Assembly: GCA_036553105.1 (NCBI GenBank)
Contig: JAXKBI010000046.1
Coordinates: forward strand, 3,215-67,214
DNA length: 64,000 nucleotides
Source: Eggerthellaceae bacterium
GTDB taxonomy: Bacteria > Actinomycetota > Coriobacteriia > Coriobacteriales > Eggerthellaceae
Direction of reading: 5' to 3'
The notes under the pieces are model-generated. The model saw nothing but the letters and a program-made list of their open reading frames with translations. It did not search any database and was not told the DNA's origin. Made by a program: the position numbers and the translations under genes. This document shows positions 19,482-28,547 of the stretch, in pieces; within the stretch, counting starts at the first letter, position 1, and each line of letters begins with the position of its first letter.

Positions 19482-20137
19482 GCACGCTGGAATTGCGCAA
19501 GGTAACGTTTTCTTATGGCAAGAAGACCGTGATGTCGGACTACTCGCTTTCGTTCGCTTCCCATGAGCGAGTGGCGTTATCTGCTCCTTCGGGATTCGGT
19601 AAGACCACGCTCTGCCGATTGCTGGCGGGCTACGCCGCGCCTCAGGAGGGCGAAGTGCTGCTTGATGGTGAACCTCTGGGTGGAGTTCGGAGGTCAGGCG
19701 CCCGTTCTGCGCGTGGCGCTCTGTCCGCGAAAAAGCCCGCCGCGGCATGTCCGGTGCAGATGATCGGGCAGCATCCCGAGCACATGCTCGATCCGCTTTT
19801 GCGCATCGAATCTTCCCTTAAAGAGGCAGGGAGCATCGACGAAGGTCTGCTGCGTCAGCTCGGGATCCGTGAAGAATGGCTCTCTCGCTTCCCGCGTGAA
19901 TTGTCGGGCGGCGAACTGCAACGCTGTTGCATTGCGCGCGCATTGCGGGTCGAGCCGCGCTTTCTGATCGCCGATGAAATATCCACCATGCTCGATGCGG
20001 TGACTCAGGTGCAGATCTGGCGGGTACTGCTTGATTATTGTCGCGAACGCGAGGTGGGGCTCGTCCTGGTAACGCATTCCGATGCGCTCATGAAGCGCCT
20101 TGCGACGCGCGTGGTCGATCTGGCACATCTTCCCTAG
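19478..20137 (+). CDS. ABC transporter ATP-binding protein (NikE-like)
   Basis: APSGFGKT, LSGGELQR, LIADE and VTHS. Confidence 0.9.
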   Translation: MSTLELRKVTFSYGKKTVMSDYSLSFASHERVALSAPSGFGKTTLCRLLAGYAAPQEGEVLLDGEPLGGVRRSGARSARGALSAKKPAAACPVQMIGQHPEHMLDPLLRIESSLKEAGSIDEGLLRQLGIREEWLSRFPRELSGGELQRCCIARALRVEPRFLIADEISTMLDAVTQVQIWRVLLDYCREREVGLVLVTHSDALMKRLATRVVDLAHLP

Positions 20138-20409
20138 CGTGGTTCGTCGTACCGCGCTTCGGCGGCTCGTCGTGTGTCGCGCCATCGTGCCCCCGTCGAT
20201 CTTCCTTGCTGAGGCTTTCGACCGCTTTGTGCTGTGCGCCGCGTCGCCCCTCGTGTGCGTGGGCCTATCGGAAAACCTGATATCTTACTACTGAATACTG
20301 CTCTAACCACGCGGTACAAAGCTCCCGTATACTGACTCCTGGCCCGATACCCGAGGTCATCGGCCTATCGGCAACTGTATGAATACCGTCCATTTTTAAG
20401 GAGTTACTC

Positions 20410-21531
20410 ATGGTTAAAGCATCTGCCCCCTTTCGTTATGACGTCGTAGGAAGTTTCTTGCGCCCAGCACGCTTAAAGGAAGCACGTGAGCAATTTGCGC
20501 AGGGAGCCATCTCGAAGGCGGACCTTGCCGCTATCGAAGATGAAGAGATCGCAGCGCTCATCGCAAAGGAGAAGGCATCGGGATTGCATGCGGTGACCGA
20601 CGGCGAATTCAGGCGTTCCATGTGGCACCTTGATTTTCTGACGGAACTCGTTGGTGCGAAGGAAGTAGGCGCAGAGCATTGGTCGGTCGAGTTTCAGGGA
20701 CACCAGCCCAAGTCGAAGACGGTGGTCATCGAAGACAAGGTCGATTTCGAGAACCATCCGTTCATTGATCATTTCAAGGCAACGCAGCGCTTGGCGGGTG
20801 ACGCTCTGGTGAAGCAGACGATCCCTTCGCCTACGATGCTCCATCTTATTTGCTGCGTTCGAGAAGAGAACTACCAGCCTATCGAGCGTTACGCGGACAA
20901 CGAGCAGCTGCTCTTTGACGATATTGCTGCAGCGTATCGAAAGGCCGTGCAGGCGTTCTATGATGCGGGTTGCCGCTACTTGCAGTTCGACGATACGGGC
21001 TGGGGCGAATTGTGCGACCCGGACAAGCGTGCGGTATATGAAGCGCGTGGATTCGACGTGGATGCTCTCGCAAAGTCGTATGTGGCCCTGATCAACGCCG
21101 CTCTTGAGGACAAGCCGGAGGATCTTGCGGTGACGATCCATATTTGTCGCGGTAACTTCCGCTCTACGTGGTTCTCTTCTGGCGGATATGATCCGGTCGC
21201 TCCTATCCTGTTCCCGAACTTGGCTGTCGATGGCTTCTTCCTGGAATACGATTCCGACCGCGCAGGTGGATTCGAGCCGCTGTCCCACATCGCTGATCAA
21301 AAGGTGGTTCTGGGTCTGGTTACCAGTAAGTCGGGTGAACTGGAGAACGTGGAAGACCTTAAGGCGCGTATCGAAGAGGCATCTCAGTTCGTTCCGCTCG
21401 AGCAGCTGTGCATTAGTCCTCAGTGTGGCTTCTCTTCGACCGAAGAAGGCAACATCATCACCGACGAAGACCAGTGGAACAAGATCGCACTCATCAAGTC
21501 GGTCGCAGAAGAGGTGTGGCAGGACGCCTAG
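20410..21531 (+). CDS. Cobalamin-independent methionine synthase catalytic-domain protein (short MetE/YxjH-like)
   Basis: DVVGSFLRP, TDGEFRR, Zn ligands HICRGN, LEYD and SPQCGFSS. Confidence 0.9.
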   Translation: MVKASAPFRYDVVGSFLRPARLKEAREQFAQGAISKADLAAIEDEEIAALIAKEKASGLHAVTDGEFRRSMWHLDFLTELVGAKEVGAEHWSVEFQGHQPKSKTVVIEDKVDFENHPFIDHFKATQRLAGDALVKQTIPSPTMLHLICCVREENYQPIERYADNEQLLFDDIAAAYRKAVQAFYDAGCRYLQFDDTGWGELCDPDKRAVYEARGFDVDALAKSYVALINAALEDKPEDLAVTIHICRGNFRSTWFSSGGYDPVAPILFPNLAVDGFFLEYDSDRAGGFEPLSHIADQKVVLGLVTSKSGELENVEDLKARIEEASQFVPLEQLCISPQCGFSSTEEGNIITDEDQWNKIALIKSVAEEVWQDA

Positions 21532-21553
21532 AAATACGCTCCCGACCAACAAG

Positions 21554-21595
21554 AAGGGGAGATGTGCAGCTGAAGCGCATCTCCCTTTGGTTTTT
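21554..21595. terminator. Terminator hairpin between convergent genes
   Basis: AAGGGGAGATGTGC-loop-GCGCATCTCCCTTT followed by GGTTTTT. Confidence 0.7.
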
Positions 21596-22415
21596 ACCAG
21601 ATAGAACGAGCCCCATCAACGTAGAGCGGGGTGCCGTTGACCATATCCGAGCAATCGCTGGCCAAGAACAGCGCCGCAGCAGCAATATCCATGGGGTCAC
21701 CCACTTTGCGGTTGTGGGGAATGGGGCGGGTGATGGCCTCGTACGCTTTGGGCTTATTGAGCGTGCTTTGAGTCATATTGGTATCAATGTAACCAGGGCA
21801 AATGCAGTTGGCGCGAATGTTGAAGCGCGCCCATTCGAAGGCCATGCAGCGGGTCATTTGCACAACGGCCGCTTTGGCGGATGAATAGGGCAGCATACGC
21901 GTAGACGCTACGCGCGCCACTACTGAAGCGATGTTGATGATGTTGCCGCGTTCTTGTTCGATCATGATCTTTGCAACGCGCTGGGTAAGGAAGAACACTG
22001 CCTTGTAGTCGGTATCCACCACACGGTCCCATTCTTCTTCGTCAACGTCCATGGCAAGCTGATCGTTAGTCAGTGTAACGCCGGCGTTGTTGACCAGGAT
22101 ATCAATGCGCCCGAAGGCATCCATGGCGGTTCTGACAAGGCTCTCTCGGTCTTCTTCGCATCGCACGTCGCAGCGAACAGGAATGACTTCGGCATCGAAT
22201 TCCGCAGCGATCTCTTTTGCACGGGCCTGAATGTTATCGTTATGCATATCCGCAACGACGAGCTTCGCCCCGTATGCGGCGAACGTTCGCGCAATGCCGC
22301 GTCCGATGCCGATTTCGCTTCCTACGCCTGTGATGATAGCGACTTTGTCCGTTAGATCGAACCGCGGGATCCCCATCTGTCCGGTCTCGAAAATAGTGTG
22401 GTCGCTTCCCCTCAT
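21594..22415 (-). CDS. Short-chain dehydrogenase/reductase (SDR)
   Basis: TGVGSEIGIG, NNAG, catalytic YSSAK, and CPGYIDT. Start ATG 22415 behind GAGGAGGG. Confidence 0.92.
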   Translation of the reverse strand: MRGSDHTIFETGQMGIPRFDLTDKVAIITGVGSEIGIGRGIARTFAAYGAKLVVADMHNDNIQARAKEIAAEFDAEVIPVRCDVRCEEDRESLVRTAMDAFGRIDILVNNAGVTLTNDQLAMDVDEEEWDRVVDTDYKAVFFLTQRVAKIMIEQERGNIINIASVVARVASTRMLPYSSAKAAVVQMTRCMAFEWARFNIRANCICPGYIDTNMTQSTLNKPKAYEAITRPIPHNRKVGDPMDIAAAALFLASDCSDMVNGTPLYVDGARSIW

Positions 22416-22627
22416 GATGCCCTCCTCTATTCGTTTGTGTGCGACGCATTCGATACGTCGCATTTGTGCGCAAAAGCGTTTCTTCCCCTTTTTCGCCGCT
22501 CAAGACCCGATGGGTGTATTGAGCGTCGATTTGAATCGCCTGCGCATTGAGCACTTCCTCAAATGCTCATTTCCCATGATACGAGCATTTGCGGGAAATG
22601 GTATAGCGAGCATTCTGTTTTAGGGGT

Positions 22628-22649
22628 CCTATTGATGTGGACCAATAGG
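22628..22649. promoter_or_regulatory. Palindromic operator-like site between the divergent SDR and MFS genes
   Basis: CCTATTG-N8-CAATAGG. Confidence 0.4.
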
Positions 22650-22824
22650 TCGATCAAATAGGTTCGCTCGGAGCCAATGCTCTTTCGCAATGTTCTGTTT
22701 TGCAAAAACTCGTAATCTTCAACATAAAAAGAATTAAAATAGCGAGCTATGTGTGAACAGGTGGGCTTCGGCGGCGCGGTAGGCGCCGTTTTTGTTGCTC
22801 GTTAGATAGTAATAAGGTGGTTTC

Positions 22825-24045
22825 GTGGAATACAGTGCAGGGCGCATGAAGTTAGCGACGATCGCAATGGTGGCCGTTGGTTTCTCGTTAGGATTTGCCG
22901 AATTTATCGTTATCGGCATCACGCCCGATGTGGCAGAGGTGTATCAGATCGGCCTTTCGGATGCGGGGAATTTGGTGGGCTATTTTGCTATCGCCTACGC
23001 GGTGTCGACTCCCATTATCGTGCTATCAACGGGGCGCTTTAGACGCTTCCCCTTGTTCGTTACCTTCTTGGTGGTTTTCAACGTGGGCAACACGCTTGCC
23101 ATCTTCGCACCGAATTATGAGATCCTGATGCTCGCACGTATCTGTACGGCTATCGTTTCGGGTGTTACGCTTTCGACAGTAATGACGTTCATCAGCGATA
23201 TCATTCCTCAGGAAAAGGCTCCCCGCATTATTTCGTTCGTATACGCCGGGTTCTCGGTCGCCAGTGTTTTGGGCACGCCTGTGGGCACCTTGCTCTCCGA
23301 TGCGTATGGCATCAAGGCGGCCTTCGTGGCGGTTGAAGCGGTTGCGATCGTTGTTACCGTGATGCTGCTGGTTTCGGTGCCGCGTTCGGGATCGACCGAC
23401 GTTTCGTCGAGCGTGCGCGAACAGCTGGTTATTCTGAAGGATCGCCGCATCATTTTGGTCCTTATGATGAAGGGCTTCGGCATGGCGGCAACGTACGTGT
23501 TCTATGTATATGTGACGCCCATTCTGGAAGATGGCGTTGGTTTGCCGGTGTGGATGGTCAGTATCGTGTTGTTCTTCTATGGTGGCGCTACCATTGTGTC
23601 GAATTTGGGTGGCGGGTCGCTCGCTCAGCGTTATGGCCTGGGCAAAATGCCGCTCATGTTCATCCTGCAGGCAGTGGTACTGCTGATGCTCGGCCCCAGT
23701 TTGGCTTCGGGCAATACGGTGCTGTGCATCATTAACGTGGTGCTCACGGGTGTGTTCATCTATCACATGAACGCCCCGCTGCAGTCGTACTTATTGCAGG
23801 TGTCCGCGAAGGATTATCCGCGCGCGCTCACGCTGGCATCGGCGGTCATGCCTACGTCTTCGGACTTCGGTATCGCCGCGGGATCGTTCTTGGGTGGCGT
23901 GGTCGCGAACCATGCTGGCTTCGTGTGGTCGGGCCCCGTTGGTGCGGCGTTGGCCGTGGTTGCCGTGATCGCTGCCTTTATGATCTTGCAGCCTGAAAGC
24001 CGTATGGGCGGATCGCTTAAATCGCGCCTGCATCGCTCTAAATAA
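22825..24045 (+). CDS. MFS efflux transporter (AraJ/PbuE-like)
   Basis: GFSLGFAEFIVIG, TGRFRRF and about 12 TM segments. Paralogue of 11717..12970. Confidence 0.88.
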   Translation: MEYSAGRMKLATIAMVAVGFSLGFAEFIVIGITPDVAEVYQIGLSDAGNLVGYFAIAYAVSTPIIVLSTGRFRRFPLFVTFLVVFNVGNTLAIFAPNYEILMLARICTAIVSGVTLSTVMTFISDIIPQEKAPRIISFVYAGFSVASVLGTPVGTLLSDAYGIKAAFVAVEAVAIVVTVMLLVSVPRSGSTDVSSSVREQLVILKDRRIILVLMMKGFGMAATYVFYVYVTPILEDGVGLPVWMVSIVLFFYGGATIVSNLGGGSLAQRYGLGKMPLMFILQAVVLLMLGPSLASGNTVLCIINVVLTGVFIYHMNAPLQSYLLQVSAKDYPRALTLASAVMPTSSDFGIAAGSFLGGVVANHAGFVWSGPVGAALAVVAVIAAFMILQPESRMGGSLKSRLHRSK

Positions 24046-24212
24046 TCTGTTTCCGCGCCAGGAGCCCACCCTTCGGTAGGCTTGATGGGTGAGCTCTGTT
24101 GATATTCGCGCGTTCAACGTGCGAGCTGTTGACGTTCGCTGTTGTCCTTGGCGGACGGGTCGCTGGTGGTCACCGCCGCATGTGCAAGCTGTCGGTATTC
24201 GAAGCTCGGGTT

Positions 24213-25526
24213 CTAGTACAAGAACCCGAGCTTTTTCGCTTCGAAGGTAAGCTCGTCGCGGAAATCGGGATGAGCAATGTTGATAAGGCGTTGCGCACGG
24301 GTGGGAATATCGGCCCAGCGCAGGTCCGCTACGCCGTATTCGGTGACCACGTACTGCAGGTCGTTGCGTAGTGACGTTACGGCGCTGCCTGGTGCGAGGG
24401 TGGGGACGATCTTCGAAACGGCACCCTTTTTCGTATGGGCCACGCTGGTTACGGCGATGAATCCGCGTCCGTTCTTGGAGTGTTTTACGCCGCGAACGAA
24501 GTCGAATTGCCCGCCGCTTGCAGAGTACTGGCGCGCCCCAATGCTTTCAGCGCATACCTGACCGGTGAGGTCGATGCTCACAGCCGTGTTGACCGAAACC
24601 AGGTTGTCGTTCTTGGCAATGCATACGGGATCGCAGACTGTTTCGTATGAGGAGTAGAACATGTCGGGGTTGTTGTTGATGAAATCGTACAGGCGCTGAG
24701 TGCCTGTGGAATATCCGCCCACTGAAACGCCGGGGAAGTAGTTCTTGCGGGAGTTGTCGATGACCCCCTTCGTCTGCAGCTGCACGAACGCGTCCGAGAA
24801 CATTTCAGTGAACACGCCAAGGTGCTGCTTCGTTGCCAGGCCGGCGGCGATGGCATTGATAATGCCTCCGATACCCAGCTGAATGCAGTCCCCATCGTTC
24901 ACGCGATCGACGATCCATTCGGCCACCTTGCATTCTTCAGGGGTGGGATCAGGGGTGATGATGTCTTCGAGCGGTTCGTCCTGTAACAAGAACGCATCGA
25001 TCTGATCCACGTGGTAGTCGTGAGAATCGCCGAACACGCGCGGAAGGCGGGTGTTTATCTGGCCGATGATGTGCTTCGCGCCGCGCAGGGCACCCTGCTC
25101 GAACCCGAGGGGGCCAATGTTGCAGTTGCCATGAGCGTCGGGTGGCGTCATTTGAACTACGGCGTAATCAAGACCGATTTCTTCGAGCATCCGATTCGTG
25201 TCGGAGAAGTGAACGGGAATATGGGTGACGCATTTCGACCCAGTGCTGAACCCGGTGCGTTCGTTCGGGCCAGCGAAATAGGTGTGGTAGCGGAACTGGT
25301 CGGGTGTTGCATGAACATCGGCGAAGGTGATATCGCCGTTCATCCAGTTGCCGTATACGTCAATGCCGCTGATGGTGCCCGCTTTTACGCGATCGAGCAG
25401 TGCGTTGATGATAGTAGTGGGGACATGAAGTCCGCCCATATATATTTTCTGATTGCCGGTAAGGTGATCTTCGAAGATCTGATCGAGCGTAACCTGTTTG
25501 CGTTCGTAGTCCTGTTGCCAGTCCAT
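24213..25526 (-). CDS. Acetyl-CoA hydrolase/transferase family protein (4-hydroxybutyrate CoA-transferase-like)
   Basis: QLGIGG, GVFTEM (catalytic Glu), DLTGQVCAES, SGGQFDF, VVTEYGVA and IAHPDFR. Confidence 0.9.
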   Translation of the reverse strand: MDWQQDYERKQVTLDQIFEDHLTGNQKIYMGGLHVPTTIINALLDRVKAGTISGIDVYGNWMNGDITFADVHATPDQFRYHTYFAGPNERTGFSTGSKCVTHIPVHFSDTNRMLEEIGLDYAVVQMTPPDAHGNCNIGPLGFEQGALRGAKHIIGQINTRLPRVFGDSHDYHVDQIDAFLLQDEPLEDIITPDPTPEECKVAEWIVDRVNDGDCIQLGIGGIINAIAAGLATKQHLGVFTEMFSDAFVQLQTKGVIDNSRKNYFPGVSVGGYSTGTQRLYDFINNNPDMFYSSYETVCDPVCIAKNDNLVSVNTAVSIDLTGQVCAESIGARQYSASGGQFDFVRGVKHSKNGRGFIAVTSVAHTKKGAVSKIVPTLAPGSAVTSLRNDLQYVVTEYGVADLRWADIPTRAQRLINIAHPDFRDELTFEAKKLGFLY

Positions 25527-25917
25527 GGCGCCCCTCCTTATGTGTTCCCCATAAATAAAAGTGTATCACTCAACAGGGACGAGAACGGTTGTCGGGTGGT
25601 AGAAACAAAGGCTCACTTGCGAGGGCGAGGGGGTAGTGCGCGATGGTTTTGGCGTCGGCGTCGTGCAACGATATGTCGGATGCTTTGGTACGGGTGCGGA
25701 AGGAAGCACTACGTTGCATGATGCGTCATTGACGCGGAGCCACGATGACTTTGCCACTGACGCGGCGGGTCCACCAACGCTGGCTCGATGGCTTCACACG
25801 TGTTGATATCGTGCAGGTAACGCCACAAATGCCGCTTATCGCTCGTACGAAACGGGTCTTCGTGTGCATTTTACCTGTTCGGTATAAAATGAAAATTCGC
25901 GGTTGAAAGGAATTTCC

Positions 25918-27255
25918 ATGGAAGAACGCAAGCTTGCTCTCTACGACAACATCACCAAGATCAACTCGGTCGATCCGGAATTGTACGAACGCTATCCCGT
26001 AAAGCGCGGATTGCGCAACAGCGATGGATCGGGTGTTATCGCGGGCGTCACGAATATCTCCAACGTTCATGGCTATCTGATGAGCGAAGGCGACAAGATC
26101 CCCGATGAAGGCAAACTCACGTTCCGTGGATACGATATTTATGACCTGCTCGGTGGCGATGAAGACAAGCGCTTCCGCTTCGAAGAGATCGCTTACCTGT
26201 TGCTGATGGGTGAGTTGCCTACCCAAAGCCAGCTGGATTTCTTCATTTCGCGCCTTGATACCCATCGTGACTTGCCCGATGGCTTCACCGCGTCGAAGAT
26301 CATGAGCACTCCTTCTCGCGACATCATGAACCTACTTTCCCGTTCGGTGCTTATGTTGTATGCCGACGATCCCCATGCGGAAGATCGCTCCTACGAGCAT
26401 GAGATCTCAACGGCAATGCAACTGATCTCCCGTTTGCCGCGCGCCATGGTCCTTGCCTATTATGCGAAACGAGCTGCGTTCTACGGCGAATCGATGATCA
26501 TGCACCGCTTCATTCCCGGTGAATCAACGGCGGAAACCGTTCTGTCTATGCTGCGTCCTGATCGTCAGTACACCGCCGAAGAGGCGCGCATGCTCGACAT
26601 TATGATGTGCCTGCACGCTGAACACGGCGGCGGCAATAACTCCACTTTCACCTGCCGCGTGTTGAGTTCAGCTGATACCGATCCCTATTCGGCATACGCG
26701 GGAGCTATCGGATCTTTGAAGGGCGTTAAGCACGGTGGCGCTAATCACCAGGTGCTTGCAATGCAGAAGGAGATCAAGGAAAACGTAGCTGATTGGGAGA
26801 ACGAAGACGAGGTGGCGGCTTATATCGCCAAGATCGTCAACAAGGAAGCGTTCAACCATACGGGCTTGATCTATGGCATGGGTCATGCGGTATACACCAA
26901 GTCCGACCCTCGCGCGGTCATCTGCAAGAAGTTCGCGACGAAGCTCGCCGAAGGCACCGAATACGAAGCAGAGCTTAATCTTCTGAAGATGATCGAGCGT
27001 TTGAGCCCCGAAGTCATTCTGCGCGAAAAGGGTACCAAGAAGGATATGTGCGCCAACGTGGATATGTATTCGGGCTTCGTGTATTCGCTCTTGGGCATTC
27101 CGATCGATCTTATTACGCCGTTGTTCGCATGTTCGCGTATGGCAGGTTGGTCGGCACATCGTTTCGAAGAACTGGTAAGCGGCAAGCGCATCATTCGCCC
27201 GGCATACAAGACCAATGCGCAGGCGAAGGTCTACAAGCCCATCGCACAGCGCTAA
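25918..27255 (+). CDS. gltA: Citrate synthase
   Basis: HAEHGGGNNST, KHGGAN, GMGHAVY..SDPRA and ANVDMYSG. Confidence 0.93.
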   Translation: MEERKLALYDNITKINSVDPELYERYPVKRGLRNSDGSGVIAGVTNISNVHGYLMSEGDKIPDEGKLTFRGYDIYDLLGGDEDKRFRFEEIAYLLLMGELPTQSQLDFFISRLDTHRDLPDGFTASKIMSTPSRDIMNLLSRSVLMLYADDPHAEDRSYEHEISTAMQLISRLPRAMVLAYYAKRAAFYGESMIMHRFIPGESTAETVLSMLRPDRQYTAEEARMLDIMMCLHAEHGGGNNSTFTCRVLSSADTDPYSAYAGAIGSLKGVKHGGANHQVLAMQKEIKENVADWENEDEVAAYIAKIVNKEAFNHTGLIYGMGHAVYTKSDPRAVICKKFATKLAEGTEYEAELNLLKMIERLSPEVILREKGTKKDMCANVDMYSGFVYSLLGIPIDLITPLFACSRMAGWSAHRFEELVSGKRIIRPAYKTNAQAKVYKPIAQR

Positions 27256-27498
27256 GCGCGAACCAGCGCCAAACGTGCGCATCCGGCAGCTGTTGCCTGG
27301 CGTGTGTTGCCAGCGCTAAACGCGAGTATTCGACACTTGCCGTCTAACGCTAAGCGCGAAACAACGTTCACAGCTCAGCGCAAATTCCATACCACGATCT
27401 ATCCCAGCAGTTTGATTGCAAGATCAGACTGCTGGTTTGCTATTATGCGAATAGCGAAAATGTTCGACTGAGTAATCGAAGAAAAGAGAGAGGCCGCC

Positions 27499-28182
27499 AT
27501 GGAAGCGTACAAGCAGGAATTCATTGAATTTATGGTGGAAAGCCAAGTTCTGAAGTTTGGCGAATTCACCCTGAAAAGCGGCCGCAAATCTCCGTTCTTC
27601 ATGAACGCCGGAGCATACGTGACCGGAAGCCAGCTTCGCCGCTTGGGTGAATACTATGCACGTGCCATTCATGACAATTTCGGACTCGATTTCGACGTGG
27701 TGTTCGGCCCAGCGTATAAGGGTATTCCGCTGGCTGTGGTGACTGCCATTGCCATCCAGGAGCTCTACGGTAAAGAGGTCCGCTATTGTTCTAACCGCAA
27801 GGAAGTGAAGGATCACGGGTCCGATGCGGGCAACCTGCTTGGGTCGGAACTGCATGATGGCGATCGCGTGGTAATGGTTGAAGATGTGACCACTTCCGGA
27901 AAGTCGATCGACGAGACCTATCCTATTTTGAAAGCCGCTGCCAACGTGGAAGTAAAGGGCCTGATTGTTTCTTTGAACCGCATGGAAGTTGGCAAGGGCG
28001 GCGTGGTCACCGCTCAGCAAGAAGTGCAGGAAAAGTACGGCTTCCCCGTTGCATCTATCGTAAGCATGGCAGAAGTCACTGAAATGCTGCACAATCACGA
28101 AGTCCAAGGCAAGGTCGTTATCGATGACGCCATCAAAGCGGCGCTCGATGCATATTACGAGCAGTACGGAGTGAAGAACTAG
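27499..28182 (+). CDS. pyrE: Orotate phosphoribosyltransferase
   Basis: FGEFTLKSGRKSPFF, GPAYKGIP, NRKEVKDHG and the PRPP motif VEDVTTSG. Confidence 0.96.
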   Translation: MEAYKQEFIEFMVESQVLKFGEFTLKSGRKSPFFMNAGAYVTGSQLRRLGEYYARAIHDNFGLDFDVVFGPAYKGIPLAVVTAIAIQELYGKEVRYCSNRKEVKDHGSDAGNLLGSELHDGDRVVMVEDVTTSGKSIDETYPILKAAANVEVKGLIVSLNRMEVGKGGVVTAQQEVQEKYGFPVASIVSMAEVTEMLHNHEVQGKVVIDDAIKAALDAYYEQYGVKN

Positions 28183-28215
28183 CTTCTTCTGCCTTGGTTG
28201 CCGTTCGCTTCCAGG

Positions 28216-28450
28216 AGACCGCGCGCACTTCAGTAAAGGGTTTCAGAATAACCTTCGCTTATTTTGCCTTTTAAGAAGACAAATAAGCACAGCGAAACTA
28301 CGCGGACACGGCAGTTCCGTCTCGGAATTTTCTGACCGCGAACCGAGGGCTGTGCTTTTATCGGTCTTCTTAAAAGGCGCGCTACGGAAATATTCTGAAA
28401 CCCTTTACTGAAGTGCGCGCGGTCTTTCGTGCTGCCAATGCGTAGTTTCG
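28216..28450. other. Long near-perfect inverted repeat / highly structured element (candidate ncRNA or MITE)
   Basis: Perfect 35-bp arms 28216-28250/28391-28425. Inner 15-bp (28266-28280/28364-28378) and 9-bp (28285-28293/28349-28357) stems. 28293-28303 is complementary to 28440-28450. Confidence 0.8.
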
Positions 28451-28481
28451 TTGGAGGGGACTCGCGGGGCTGCGTGGGCTC

Positions 28482-28512
28482 TTGACTTAGAGTGCACTTC
28501 AAGTTTTAAGAT
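28482..28512 (+). promoter_or_regulatory. MerR-type promoter (NmlR/AdhR-like operator)
   Basis: -35 TTGACT, 19-bp spacer, -10 TAAGAT. The dyad ACTTAGAGTGCACTTCAAGT overlaps the spacer. Confidence 0.8.
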
Positions 28513-28547
28513 ACTGCTTGCAGAAACTTCAAAACAAGGAGCCCATT

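Noticed and set aside
27250..27385. Short repeats CGCTAAGCGCGAA after gltA
   Set aside because: Two or three short degenerate copies including a duplication of the gene end. No regular period.
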